Source: an uncultured Pseudomonadales bacterium (GTDB lineage Bacteria; Patescibacteriota; Microgenomatia; UBA1400; PJMF01). Taken from it: DNA of 64,000 nucleotides. The number at the start of each line of letters is the position of its first letter. Position 1 is the first letter of the stretch. The stretch covers positions 9,586-73,585 of the forward strand of contig CAZNOF010000001.1 in assembly GCA_964574595.1 (NCBI GenBank), given 5' to 3'. Position numbers and translations under genes: made by a program. Shown here one piece after another: positions 28,174 through 37,911 of the stretch. Under the pieces are notes generated by a model. The model was not told the DNA's origin. It did not search any database and worked only from the letters and a program-made list of their open reading frames with translations.

Positions 28174-28992
28174 TTGAGAGCTATTACAATGGGAGTTGTT
28201 ATGAACCTTATTCATGCGTTGGTGCTGGGAATTGTTGAAGGATTTACCGAGTTTTTACCCATTTCATCCACTTTTCATCTCCTTGCTGCCACCAAATTAC
28301 TCTCTATCCCTACAACTGAGTTTAGTAAGTTCTTTGACGTGTTCATTCAGGCTTTTGCTATCTTGCCAGTGATTCTGTTGTTTGGAAAAGATTGGTTAAA
28401 GGATAAAACCATGCTCCTAAAAGTAATGGCATCGTTTGTTCCTACTGCCATTGTTGGGTTACTTCTAAACAAAGTAATTAAAGAAGTGTTCTTCGCTTCA
28501 CCCTGGTTAATGTTGGGCTCGTTTTTCTTCGTGGGTGTGATTTTTTTCGTGATTGAGTTTCTGATCAAAAAGGAAAAGATGACCTTGGCGAAATCTACAG
28601 CAGACATGACCTGGACCCAAGCTATTTTGATTGGTGTTTTTCAAGCCTTTGCGGTTGTGCCGGGAGTCTCCAGAGCTGGCGCGGTGATTGTCGGTATGAT
28701 GGTGTTTGGTTTCAAACGTGATGAAGCTGCCAAGTACTCCTTCACCTTGGCCGTACCTACGATTTTAGCTGCTGCTGCTCTAGACTTGATTAAATCACGC
28801 TCTGCTTTGACCGGTGTAGCCATGTCCCAAAACTTAATGCTGTTGGGAGTGGGATCAATTGCGGCTTTTGTGAGTTCCTTACTAATCGTCGCTTGGTTTA
28901 TCAAGTATTTAAAGACCCACTCACTAAATGTTTTTGGGAGTTATAGAATGATTGTTGCAGCAATTTTATTATTACTTGGATTTACCAAATGA
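28174..28992 (+). CDS. uppP: undecaprenyl-diphosphatase
   Basis: BacA motifs GFTEFLPISSTFHL and GVSRAGAVIVG. 8 TM helices. Confidence 0.85.
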   Translation: MRAITMGVVMNLIHALVLGIVEGFTEFLPISSTFHLLAATKLLSIPTTEFSKFFDVFIQAFAILPVILLFGKDWLKDKTMLLKVMASFVPTAIVGLLLNKVIKEVFFASPWLMLGSFFFVGVIFFVIEFLIKKEKMTLAKSTADMTWTQAILIGVFQAFAVVPGVSRAGAVIVGMMVFGFKRDEAAKYSFTLAVPTILAAAALDLIKSRSALTGVAMSQNLMLLGVGSIAAFVSSLLIVAWFIKYLKTHSLNVFGSYRMIVAAILLLLGFTK

Positions 28993-29840
28993 AGACTGTC
29001 TATACGACTGAACAACTTCAACACAAAGCAACGCTGATTCGCCAAGATATTATTGAGATGCTTTTAAAAGCTGGCTCTGGTCACGTAGCTGGGCCACTGG
29101 GCATGGCCGACATTTTTGCTGTCCTCTACTTCTCCGTTTTGCGGCATGATCCACAAAAACCACATTGGGCAGATCGGGATCGATTAGTCGTTTCAAATGG
29201 TCATATATGTCCGGTGATGTATGCGGCATTAGCAGAAGCTGGGTACTTCCCTAAGCACTGGCTGAGTACCTTGCGCCAAATTGACAGCAAGTTGCAGGGT
29301 CATCCAAACCATTTGGATACTCCTGGAGTGGAAACGAGTAGCGGACCACTGGGTCAGGGAATTTCTCAAGCCGTGGGTATGGCTCTGGCTGGGAAACTTG
29401 ATCAGAAAAATTATCAAGTGTACTGTGTGATGAGTGATGGTGAGCACAATGAGGGACAAGTTTGGGAAGCATTGATGTCAGCTAGTAAATATAAACTTCA
29501 CAACTTAGCCGTCATCATCGATCGAAATAACATTCAAATCGATGGGTATACAGAAAATATCATGCCGCTTGAGTCATTAAAAGCGAAATACGAAGCCTTT
29601 AACTGGCATGTCCTAGAGATTGATGGGCATAATATTGAAGCCATAATCAACGCCTGTGACGAGGCAAAAGCCATTTTTGAAAAACCAGTGGCAATCATCG
29701 CCCATACCATCCCAGGTAAAGGGGTGGACTTCATGCAGTGGAAGCCTGAATGGCATGGAAAAGCGCCAAACAAGGTGGAGGCTGAAGTTGCACTGAAAGA
29801 GTTACGAAGTATGGCAGGTAAAATTAGCCGGCCTGACTAG
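28989..29840 (+). CDS. transketolase, N-terminal (TPP-binding) subunit of a split enzyme
   Basis: GHVAGPLGMADIFAVLY, DRDRLVVSNGH, GPLGQGISQAVGMA TPP motifs. 283 aa. No C-terminal subunit adjacent. Confidence 0.8.
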   Translation: MKTVYTTEQLQHKATLIRQDIIEMLLKAGSGHVAGPLGMADIFAVLYFSVLRHDPQKPHWADRDRLVVSNGHICPVMYAALAEAGYFPKHWLSTLRQIDSKLQGHPNHLDTPGVETSSGPLGQGISQAVGMALAGKLDQKNYQVYCVMSDGEHNEGQVWEALMSASKYKLHNLAVIIDRNNIQIDGYTENIMPLESLKAKYEAFNWHVLEIDGHNIEAIINACDEAKAIFEKPVAIIAHTIPGKGVDFMQWKPEWHGKAPNKVEAEVALKELRSMAGKISRPD

Positions 29841-30909
29841 TCAAATACTTGTGCAGTCGCTCTGGGTACAAAATTCTGTCAGGTAATTCGATATATTTTA
29901 AGTCATCTAGACCCACCTTGGCGGTGTAAAGTTTCTCGACTTCCCCACCCTCATCAAGAAATTTTTTCACTTGGAGCATCCCTTCGTAGTAGAGCGCTTC
30001 CTTGCCAAAACAGCCTGGCATTTCTGTGTCTGCGAAGCCTCGTTTGAGACGGAACGTTCTTTGAAAAGCCAATTCAGGAGTAAAGCCATTGGACAGTAAA
30101 TACTCATAGACTGTCTTAAACGCGCCAGTTCTGGCGATATTACCAGCCAGATACTTTAGAGCATGATGTTTCAAATTAATCTCACCAGCAGTTGAGCAGT
30201 AGTCGCCTAAAAAAGAGGCCAGTCCTTCTTCCGTTTTAATGTAGAACGGTAGCGGTTTTTTGAGAAGCGGATTGGGTTGTTGTTCCGCATTTACCCCGCG
30301 GATAACATGGCCATCAATTTCATGAGCCAGCATGGCGTCAAAGTTCGTGAAGTCCCAATTAAATATCTTGCCAATTAATAACTTTTTCTGAGCGGCTTTG
30401 ACGCGAAAGTAAAAATCAGTTTGTTCAGAGAGTTCTACCGTCCAATCGGAGATTCCGTACGAATGAAGATACTCGGTGATGCCAGTCACAATTTCAGCCG
30501 AGGTTTTCGTCTCGGAAGATTCAAAAGGTAATGGGGATGCAGCGTCAATTTTTGCTTGATCAATATACGTTTGGTCAAATGTGCATTGATAGAGCTGACA
30601 ACTATTCATGCCAAAATCTTCATTGCCACGATTGAGCAGCATTAAAATGGTGAGTTCTTGTTCCTGTTTCTTTCGATATAAAATCCATGACTCAAGATCT
30701 GTGTGGGTTGTGGCCTCTTTTGATTTCAAAAATGCATGCAGTTTTTCTTCGAGGAGTTTTACCGGAATTTCCGGATACTCAATTTGGGGATTTTGGTTGG
30801 GATTGGCTAAAAATTTCTCGCGTGCTTCCACTAAATTCAAAGGTGTTAGCCAATGGTTTGTTTTTAAAAGCGCATCGACTTCGTGTATCAGCTCTTGAAT
30901 TTGGGACAT
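29824..30909 (-). CDS. DUF1704-like protein (QEGLA-motif family)
   Basis: HEIDGH (HExxH-like) and EEGLASF resembling the QEGLA signature. 361 aa. Confidence 0.6.
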   Translation of the reverse strand: MSQIQELIHEVDALLKTNHWLTPLNLVEAREKFLANPNQNPQIEYPEIPVKLLEEKLHAFLKSKEATTHTDLESWILYRKKQEQELTILMLLNRGNEDFGMNSCQLYQCTFDQTYIDQAKIDAASPLPFESSETKTSAEIVTGITEYLHSYGISDWTVELSEQTDFYFRVKAAQKKLLIGKIFNWDFTNFDAMLAHEIDGHVIRGVNAEQQPNPLLKKPLPFYIKTEEGLASFLGDYCSTAGEINLKHHALKYLAGNIARTGAFKTVYEYLLSNGFTPELAFQRTFRLKRGFADTEMPGCFGKEALYYEGMLQVKKFLDEGGEVEKLYTAKVGLDDLKYIELPDRILYPERLHKYLTSQAG

Positions 30910-30923
30910 AGCCAGATTGTAAC

Positions 30924-31442
30924 ATGAATCAAAAAGTGTTACTCTATCTCCCTATGACAGACGCACAAGACATTTGCCCAAAATGTGGCTCCCAATTAAA
31001 AGATCCTGAAGAGACCAAAACAGGAAAAAAATTACAACGTTGTTCCCGTGGTGTATGGAATCCACAAACCCATGAAACCGAGGGTTGTGATTATGTGAAG
31101 TGGTTAACTGCTGAGGCAAAACCTCTTGATGAAAACTGTCCAAAATGTGGTGCTCCACTGGTTATGCAGATCACTCGCTCCGGTAAAAAAATGAAGAAGT
31201 GCAGTACGAGTGGTTGGGATAAAGATAATCGTGTTGCCACAGGTTGCGATTATGTGGAATGGATCAATGGCTCTACTAAAGAATTAGATGAAGCTTGTCC
31301 TTTGTGTGATGCCAAATTAGTCCTCTTTACGACCAGTTCCGGGAAGCGCATGAAAAAATGCTCAACTGCAGGTTGGGATCGTGAATTCAAACAACCAACT
31401 GGCTGTACCTACGTTCAGTGGCTTAAAGAAGGTGAAGGATAG
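30924..31442 (+). CDS. standalone protein of three tandem topoisomerase-type C4 zinc ribbons
   Basis: Three ~50-aa repeats, each CP.CG...(K)....GK(K/R)..KCS..GW....TGCDYV.W. Confidence 0.6.
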   Translation: MNQKVLLYLPMTDAQDICPKCGSQLKDPEETKTGKKLQRCSRGVWNPQTHETEGCDYVKWLTAEAKPLDENCPKCGAPLVMQITRSGKKMKKCSTSGWDKDNRVATGCDYVEWINGSTKELDEACPLCDAKLVLFTTSSGKRMKKCSTAGWDREFKQPTGCTYVQWLKEGEG

Positions 31443-31513
31443 TTTTCAGCTCATCCTCAGTTAGTCATTTTATTATCAGAGCTGCCCAACCGCTGTGATG
31501 AACAGCTCCGACA

Positions 31514-32437
31514 ATGACACATACCAAAATCGTTGCTACTCTCACATTCGCTTATATAGCATCTATTTCCGTGTTCATGATTTTACATAGAATCTGGTTT
31601 TCGCCTGATCAATTTTTTGTATTTGCTTTAATTGGCTGCATTTTTTTGGGTCGAGCAAATATATTCATCATGGATTGGGGACCGTTTTTAGTCGGTTTCT
31701 TTAGTTACGAATTTCTACGCGGTTTAGTACCTTTTGTTTCTACTCGCGTCCACATTTTTTCGATGATCAATTTTGACAAGATGTTATTTGGCGAAGTGCC
31801 CATCATGACCCTCCAACGACTCTTCTACCGGCCTGATAACTTGCAGTGGTACGACTACGTGCTCGTTACACTGTACATCTGCCATTTTGTGACACCAATG
31901 GTAATTGGATTTTTATTTTGGTTAAAGGATCGAGCATTTTTTAGAAACTATGCCTTGGGAATTTTGGTGTTATCTTCCTCTGGATTTTTCACCTTTGCCC
32001 TCTACCCGGCCATGCCACCTTGGATGGCTTCGGAGCAGGGCTACTTGCCGCCCATCAAAGAAGTAACCGGCCATGTGATGAGTCATTTTTTACCGGACAG
32101 TATTTCCGTGCCCACAATTTATTCAGTGATGCGAGCCAACCCAGTTGCAGCAATGCCTTCACTTCACGCGGCATTTCCGCTTCTAATTTATCTATTTGTA
32201 GTGAAAAAGTTTGGTAAATGGGGATACCTCTTCTTGCCATATGTGATTGGTGTTTGGATTGCGGTGATGTACCTTGGAGAACACTATTTTGTCGATGTGC
32301 TAGCAGGCGCCATCTACGCTGTAGGAGCCTTCATGGTGGTTGAGAAAAAAGGCTATTTATTTAGCCTGGTGAAGCCTGCATTTGATAAACTACCTAAGTT
32401 ACCAAGTTTCAATTGGAAAAGAGCATTCAAAATATGA
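31514..32437 (+). CDS. PAP2-superfamily-like integral membrane protein
   Basis: ~8 TM helices. PSLH (PSGH-like) and GEHYFVDVLAG (HxxxD) motifs. Confidence 0.5.
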   Translation: MTHTKIVATLTFAYIASISVFMILHRIWFSPDQFFVFALIGCIFLGRANIFIMDWGPFLVGFFSYEFLRGLVPFVSTRVHIFSMINFDKMLFGEVPIMTLQRLFYRPDNLQWYDYVLVTLYICHFVTPMVIGFLFWLKDRAFFRNYALGILVLSSSGFFTFALYPAMPPWMASEQGYLPPIKEVTGHVMSHFLPDSISVPTIYSVMRANPVAAMPSLHAAFPLLIYLFVVKKFGKWGYLFLPYVIGVWIAVMYLGEHYFVDVLAGAIYAVGAFMVVEKKGYLFSLVKPAFDKLPKLPSFNWKRAFKI

Positions 32438-33315
32438 AGGTCGGTGTAACGGGTGGATATGGATTCATTGGTGGACACCTTGTGAAGAGATTACTTCATG
32501 ATGGGCATGAGGTGGTAGTTTTAGACAACATGCGTCGGCCGCAGCACCGACTTCGCCGACACCCAGCGCTTTCACTGCACCGTGGTGATATCCGCAATTT
32601 CCAAGATTTACACGTTTTTGCAGACTGCCAAGTAATCATTAACTTGGCGGCAGAAAGTTCTGTGTTACAGGCAGAAGCAAATGCCGATTATGCACGAGAG
32701 ACGAATATTCATGGAGTGGCAAATTTGGCCAAGTTCTGCTCTGAACTGCAAATTCGCCTCGTGCAGGCTTCCAGCCGAGAAGTGTATGGAGAAGTGTCTG
32801 AACTGCCAGTCAAAGAATCAACACCATTGGCAGCAAAAAACCTCTATGGAAAGTCCAAAGTAGTAGCTGAGGATCTGCTTTTAACGAGCAGGAAGAACTC
32901 CCAGCTCGTTGTAACGATCTTCCGTTTTTCAAATGTAATTGGCACCCATGATGCTGGGAGGTTACTACCACTCTGGCTGCGAGCAGCCAGTCAAGGCAAA
33001 CCGCTGACGATTTTTGGTGGTGAGCAGGTGATTGATTTTATCCCAGTTGAAGTTGCCGTGGATGCACTGATGTTTTCATTAGATCATGACCTTCCTTTAC
33101 CGGTGAATATTGGCAGCGGTCAGTCAATTTCTGTTCTGGCGCTCGCCCAGCATATCCAAAGCCTTTTTCCTCACATTAGCCTAGATGTTCAACCAGCTCG
33201 ATCAATTGAAGTGACTGGGTATCAGGCTGATATTACTCAGATGATTCAGCTAGGTCTCTATCGACCTATCTCATTTAAGAAATACCTCAAAAAATTGAGT
33301 CATTACTATCGATAG
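32434..33315 (+). CDS. NAD-dependent epimerase/dehydratase (extended SDR)
   Basis: Rossmann motif GVTGGYGFIGGHL, YGKSK catalytic YxxxK. ATGA overlap with the upstream gene. Confidence 0.75.
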   Translation: MKVGVTGGYGFIGGHLVKRLLHDGHEVVVLDNMRRPQHRLRRHPALSLHRGDIRNFQDLHVFADCQVIINLAAESSVLQAEANADYARETNIHGVANLAKFCSELQIRLVQASSREVYGEVSELPVKESTPLAAKNLYGKSKVVAEDLLLTSRKNSQLVVTIFRFSNVIGTHDAGRLLPLWLRAASQGKPLTIFGGEQVIDFIPVEVAVDALMFSLDHDLPLPVNIGSGQSISVLALAQHIQSLFPHISLDVQPARSIEVTGYQADITQMIQLGLYRPISFKKYLKKLSHYYR

Positions 33316-33320
33316 TTAAA

Positions 33321-34808
33321 TTATTGAACTAATTTTTGCTTGGCTGAATCAATCATTCTTGCTGCTTGCTCATAGTTTACTACCCAACCCGTTTGGCAGA
33401 CACTCTTGTAAAAAAAGTTTTTAAGCATCCTCCCTTGAGCGTCATAAACTTCAGGGTAGCATCGGTACTTGATGATGTTATTTGAATAAGACTGTAGCTG
33501 GCTCTCTGCTAAAGCAAGATACTCGGCTTTTCCAGTTTGTTGATAAAGCAGGACCAGCAGCTTTATATACTCCATGCCCCAGTGACTCCAGATGGCTGTG
33601 CCCCCATACTCAGGAACGAAGAACCTGACCAAAGAGTACTCTCTTTCTGGACGGTCTTCTGTTTGATATTTTAAGCCAAATGGTTGGTCAATTTTGTTCT
33701 GCCGAATATACGATACACTTCTTTCAAAGTAAGGTAACTCAACAGGGTCTTGTGGATTGAGAAATCCCGTTTGTAAAACGATGAGCCAGTCTGAGGAGTA
33801 ATAGCTATTTTTAATGGCTGCAGGAGAAACATCTTCCAAAAAATAGCCCTTATCATCAATCCAATACTGATTAAGAATGTTTTGTCTTAGTTCTTCTAGA
33901 GCGGCGGCATTTTTGGGCACAATTCCCTCTTCTTGGGCAAGTTGTTGTGTCTTCCAAAGAATTACATTGTCATAAAAGGCGCTCTGTCTTTTGGCAATGT
34001 CCTTTGTTCCAGAAAGTAAAATATCAGATTTAATGAGGCCAGTCTTCGAATCTACAACTGATTGAATATACGCATTGTAGTGCCTGAGTAATGTTGTCTT
34101 GTAATCTTGAAGCAACTGTTGTGCGGCTTGTTGTGTTTGTAAAGAAGTTGTCTGGGTGTGGGGGAACGGATATCTAGTCAGAAGCTCATCACTGCTTTGC
34201 ATTGTCCGAATGGCGTAGAGCAGGCTAAAAAGTGAATCAGACGGAGGTTGGTAAATATTTAATAGCGTGACGGAGTGTTGGCCGACAGGCACAATTGTGG
34301 TGGAAAGTGCTGATGACTGAGAGAATACCTCAAGAGCATAGGCTGTGGTCTGTAAATAAATTTTTTGTCTGTTGAGCCAATCTTCTTGATCTATTGCCGT
34401 TCGAGGATCTAAGAGTGTGGCGTAAAAAATACCTAGTGATCGAATATAGAGTGTGCTGAAGTGGTCACCTGAAATCAGGTAGAGATGATCCGGGTTAAAT
34501 CGAATCTGATGTATTTCGCGAATGATATCAGGAAGAGTTGTGCTCTGTGTTTTTTTGTTTCGTTCGTAGACATTGCCAAGTATGTGATAAGCAGATTTCA
34601 CTTTACTAAAGGATCTGTAAATGATGTTTGATCTGACAAATAGATCTACGTCTTTCACTAAGACGAGCTGCCCGCTGGAGTCTGTTCTTGTGGTAAAGGC
34701 AGTTTGGACAGCAGAGTATCTGGTGAAGGGGTTGGTTAAGTACGAAGCTATTGCTACTAAAATGCAGACGACCGTAGTGGTGAGAAAACCTTTCCAGCGT
34801 TTTTTCAT
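33321..34808 (-). CDS. membrane-anchored hypothetical protein (~495 aa)
   Basis: N-terminal TM anchor (MKKRWKGFLTTTVVCILVAIASYL) then a large extracytoplasmic domain. Start chosen at an internal Met. Confidence 0.45.
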   Translation of the reverse strand: MKKRWKGFLTTTVVCILVAIASYLTNPFTRYSAVQTAFTTRTDSSGQLVLVKDVDLFVRSNIIYRSFSKVKSAYHILGNVYERNKKTQSTTLPDIIREIHQIRFNPDHLYLISGDHFSTLYIRSLGIFYATLLDPRTAIDQEDWLNRQKIYLQTTAYALEVFSQSSALSTTIVPVGQHSVTLLNIYQPPSDSLFSLLYAIRTMQSSDELLTRYPFPHTQTTSLQTQQAAQQLLQDYKTTLLRHYNAYIQSVVDSKTGLIKSDILLSGTKDIAKRQSAFYDNVILWKTQQLAQEEGIVPKNAAALEELRQNILNQYWIDDKGYFLEDVSPAAIKNSYYSSDWLIVLQTGFLNPQDPVELPYFERSVSYIRQNKIDQPFGLKYQTEDRPEREYSLVRFFVPEYGGTAIWSHWGMEYIKLLVLLYQQTGKAEYLALAESQLQSYSNNIIKYRCYPEVYDAQGRMLKNFFYKSVCQTGWVVNYEQAARMIDSAKQKLVQ

Positions 34809-34948
34809 TCTTTTCTCACGAAAGAACGTAGCGTGGACCCGGGCACGATGAGAGTGAGATGGCGGTAACATACAGGTAATTGTAACCGTTTTTTGGTTAG
34901 GTACAGAAGAGAATGTTTCCGTGTTAGAATGCCTGAGCCAGGTGGATT

Positions 34949-35944
34949 ATGAGCACGAAATTACCTACAAAACTCCTCTTCTACATAAACATCCTGTCGC
35001 TTGGTTTTATCATCACTTTTTTCAGTACTTTGGGCTTCTACGTGCTAGCAGAAAAGGTATTTTTTGATCGGATGTTTTATCAGAAAAGCGCGGTCCATGG
35101 ATATAGAACAGATGGTGGGAATGCAGTTCAGCGATACATTGAGAACTTTTTGATTGCCGACAGACTTGATGACTTGCTGCAACTTGTCTATCAAAAAGAC
35201 AGTTCAAATCATCAAAGTGATTCATTGGGAACGGTTCGAATTGCGGTGATTGGTGACTCAGTCGCGTATGGCCTAGGCGTAAGAAAAGAAGATGCATTTC
35301 CCCTGCAACTTCAAGCCAAATTAAACGCCTATCGACCCACAAAAGTTTATAACTACAGTTATCCTGGAGATAGTATTATTGATAACTTTCTCAAATACCA
35401 ACTTTCTATGAAGAAAGACAACATTGATCTCTATATTTTTACGATGATTGACAACGATCTGCTCTTCCAAAAACGAAACAAGTATCCAGGTTATACAGCA
35501 CTCATGGATCAATTGAAAAGTGATTGTAAGCAGTCAATATTCACCTATGAATTTACGGGGAGAACTTGGGAAGACTTAGTGAATCAGGGTTTTTATCCAT
35601 CCTACTCAGATCGATTTGCAAATGTCTGTTTTTTAAAACAGATAGCCACCAAAATTGCTCCTGAAAAAAGTCTCTTTATCTCGTTTGATTCGACCAAGTC
35701 ATACCATCAGGGTGTAAATGAGCAAAGTGATTTTACGTTGAAGGTAGATAACCTTTATGCCACTTATGCCTCTGTGCTCCGTGATCAAGGGTTGCGAGTG
35801 ATAGATCCAGACGACTCAACCAAAAAATTTATTTACCACCAAGTCTCTGCGATGGAAGGTCATCCTTCTAAGGAAACTCAAGGTGCCTACGCTGATATTC
35901 TGTTAGAAAAGTTGTTAACTACTCCACTGTATACTCAAAAGTAA
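34949..35944 (+). CDS. membrane-anchored SGNH/GDSL hydrolase
   Basis: TM anchor then GDSL block IAVIGDSVAYGLG. Confidence 0.65.
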   Translation: MSTKLPTKLLFYINILSLGFIITFFSTLGFYVLAEKVFFDRMFYQKSAVHGYRTDGGNAVQRYIENFLIADRLDDLLQLVYQKDSSNHQSDSLGTVRIAVIGDSVAYGLGVRKEDAFPLQLQAKLNAYRPTKVYNYSYPGDSIIDNFLKYQLSMKKDNIDLYIFTMIDNDLLFQKRNKYPGYTALMDQLKSDCKQSIFTYEFTGRTWEDLVNQGFYPSYSDRFANVCFLKQIATKIAPEKSLFISFDSTKSYHQGVNEQSDFTLKVDNLYATYASVLRDQGLRVIDPDDSTKKFIYHQVSAMEGHPSKETQGAYADILLEKLLTTPLYTQK

Positions 35945-36650
35945 TGTTGTTGTTTCCGTAGTCTGACTCAGTGATCTTTTTGTCAGGGTTTAACTGGATC
36001 TGGATAGTGTGATGTCCAACGCTATTTGGCAACGTTTTGTTTGTGGCAAAATGGTTGGTGGTGTTAGGATCAACTTTTTCATCCAGGGTAAGGGTCGGCT
36101 GATTTGATCCGTCGAAAACAAATCGTACTTCAATTTTTTCTGTCTGTGCTTTTCCTTTATTTTGTACTTCCACCGTATTTACCGTAAACGTCTCCGAGCT
36201 GGCTCGTTTGATATTGTGATCATTTAGGACATTGGTACTCCAGCTAGCACTAGAGGTGAAATAGAGCGGGTCAGCAATCGTTAGATCAGCCGCGGGTGCT
36301 GGAGTTGGACTAGGACTTGGGCTGGGCGATGGGCTTGGACTAGGTTTTGGAGTTGGCTTTGTTGAGGCTGAAGCTGTTGGTGAAGCGCTAGGTTTGGCGG
36401 TTGGCAATTTAGTTGCTGCAACAGCAGAAGGAGAAGGTGAGGCGGCAAAGATGGCAACGGGTGTTGGGCTAGGAACGAGTTTTACTGCCTCTGGAGTTGG
36501 GCTGGCGTGTATCTGAGTCTCTTTGGATGTAGAGAACGGAAAAAAGGCTTTGACGACGACGACCAGCGTGATTAGAAGCATGCCACCAAGAACTGCTACT
36601 GCTAAAAGCTTGTCTTTATCGATGTTTTTCATAAACACATTATACTTCAT
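35919..36650 (-). CDS. secreted CARDB-like domain protein with Pro/Ser-rich linker (paralog A)
   Basis: TM anchor, KPTPKPSPSPSPSPSPSPTPAPA linker. C-terminal GHH...INPD.K.TESDYGNNN..FEY.VE shared with 37912-38583. Confidence 0.5.
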   Translation of the reverse strand: MKYNVFMKNIDKDKLLAVAVLGGMLLITLVVVVKAFFPFSTSKETQIHASPTPEAVKLVPSPTPVAIFAASPSPSAVAATKLPTAKPSASPTASASTKPTPKPSPSPSPSPSPSPTPAPAADLTIADPLYFTSSASWSTNVLNDHNIKRASSETFTVNTVEVQNKGKAQTEKIEVRFVFDGSNQPTLTLDEKVDPNTTNHFATNKTLPNSVGHHTIQIQLNPDKKITESDYGNNNITFEYTVE

Positions 36651-36651
36651 C

Positions 36652-36882
36652 TCATTCTGTACCAGAACTGTATTGAATACCGGTGTTCTGCTTTGTCATC
36701 ATTTCGATCAGGGAAACTCCAACCGGTTGGATTTCATAGTAATAGCTTGGAGAACCATCAAGTGTCATGGGCGGTACGGCACAACTATTTCCAGGAACTC
36801 CACACGTTACTTTGGCAGGAATTAAAAAAACTCCTGTAAGTACAATGACGATAACTAATCTGATCAATCGATTTTTTTGCAT
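36652..36882 (-). CDS. small secreted protein
   Basis: 76 aa with signal peptide. Start is 2 nt from the upstream stop. Confidence 0.35.
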   Translation of the reverse strand: MQKNRLIRLVIVIVLTGVFLIPAKVTCGVPGNSCAVPPMTLDGSPSYYYEIQPVGVSLIEMMTKQNTGIQYSSGTE

Positions 36883-36943
36883 AGTTATAAACTATTCTAT
36901 CTCATTTGGTTTGAATTGAGTAAGCATATATAATCCAGCCAAC

Positions 36944-37888
36944 ATGGCAAAGAAGACCAAGGTGGCACTCATCATCTGTACGAGAAACAATCAAGACAAG
37001 TTGAAGGTATCGCTTCATCATCTGTTCAAACATTTACCGGAGTCCATAGAGCTATTGTTGATTGATCAGTCGACGCGAAATTTTTTGCCCAGTCACTTTC
37101 TTTTTCCTAGAAAGCTTGCGAGTATTCTCAGAACACCTTCTCAGCGGGGGTTGAGCCGAGCTAGAAATACTGCAATTCAGGTTTCTGATGCCGATGTTCT
37201 GGCCTGGACAGATGACGACTGCATTCTAAGCAATTCATACGGAGCTCGTTTGCAGGAAATTGCCAAACTAGCACCCAAAGCAAAAAAACTCAAAATAGCT
37301 GGCGTGTGCGGTAGAACTTTGCCCTACATTGCTACTCAACCATCGGTTGATCACTTTTGTCCTTGCACATTCACTCAGTCCTCTTCTCCATCAAACCCAG
37401 ATGAATTCAGTCACTGGAAAACTGTTGGTCTGGGAAATAACATGGTCCTTTTTAAAGACGTCATCAATGAAATGGGTGAGTTTAAAGAATGGCTTGGAGT
37501 GGGTTCATTTGGCGAGAGTGGTGAAGATGGTGAGTTTATGATGCGTTGTATCTCTGCTGGTTATACATTTCTGTATGACTCAGAGCTCCTGGTCTACCAT
37601 AATAAGTGGCTTGAGAAAAAAAGTTTTCAGTCTGAAATTCAAATGCGAAAATACATGTGTGGCGGTTTAGCGTTGTATGGGTACTATTGGTTTCAAGGTA
37701 TTAATAGCTGTAAAGCTCAGTTTATGGAAGACGTGTTAAACTCACAAAGTAGGGTCGTCTATCTTTTGAAATCTGCAATCAAGAAGCCGCAAAAAGCTCC
37801 TCTTTTACTGCGCTCCTGCTTCTTTGATCTGTACTATCTCTTCAAAGGAATCTCGCTAGCCATATTCCATACCTATGTAGGCAGCTAA
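36944..37888 (+). CDS. family 2 glycosyltransferase
   Basis: ALIICTRNN N-terminal GT-A strand, DxD (TDDD), QRG-like region. Confidence 0.75.
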   Translation: MAKKTKVALIICTRNNQDKLKVSLHHLFKHLPESIELLLIDQSTRNFLPSHFLFPRKLASILRTPSQRGLSRARNTAIQVSDADVLAWTDDDCILSNSYGARLQEIAKLAPKAKKLKIAGVCGRTLPYIATQPSVDHFCPCTFTQSSSPSNPDEFSHWKTVGLGNNMVLFKDVINEMGEFKEWLGVGSFGESGEDGEFMMRCISAGYTFLYDSELLVYHNKWLEKKSFQSEIQMRKYMCGGLALYGYYWFQGINSCKAQFMEDVLNSQSRVVYLLKSAIKKPQKAPLLLRSCFFDLYYLFKGISLAIFHTYVGS

Positions 37889-37911
37889 TCTGTTGCTTTA
37901 TCAAGCAGTGA

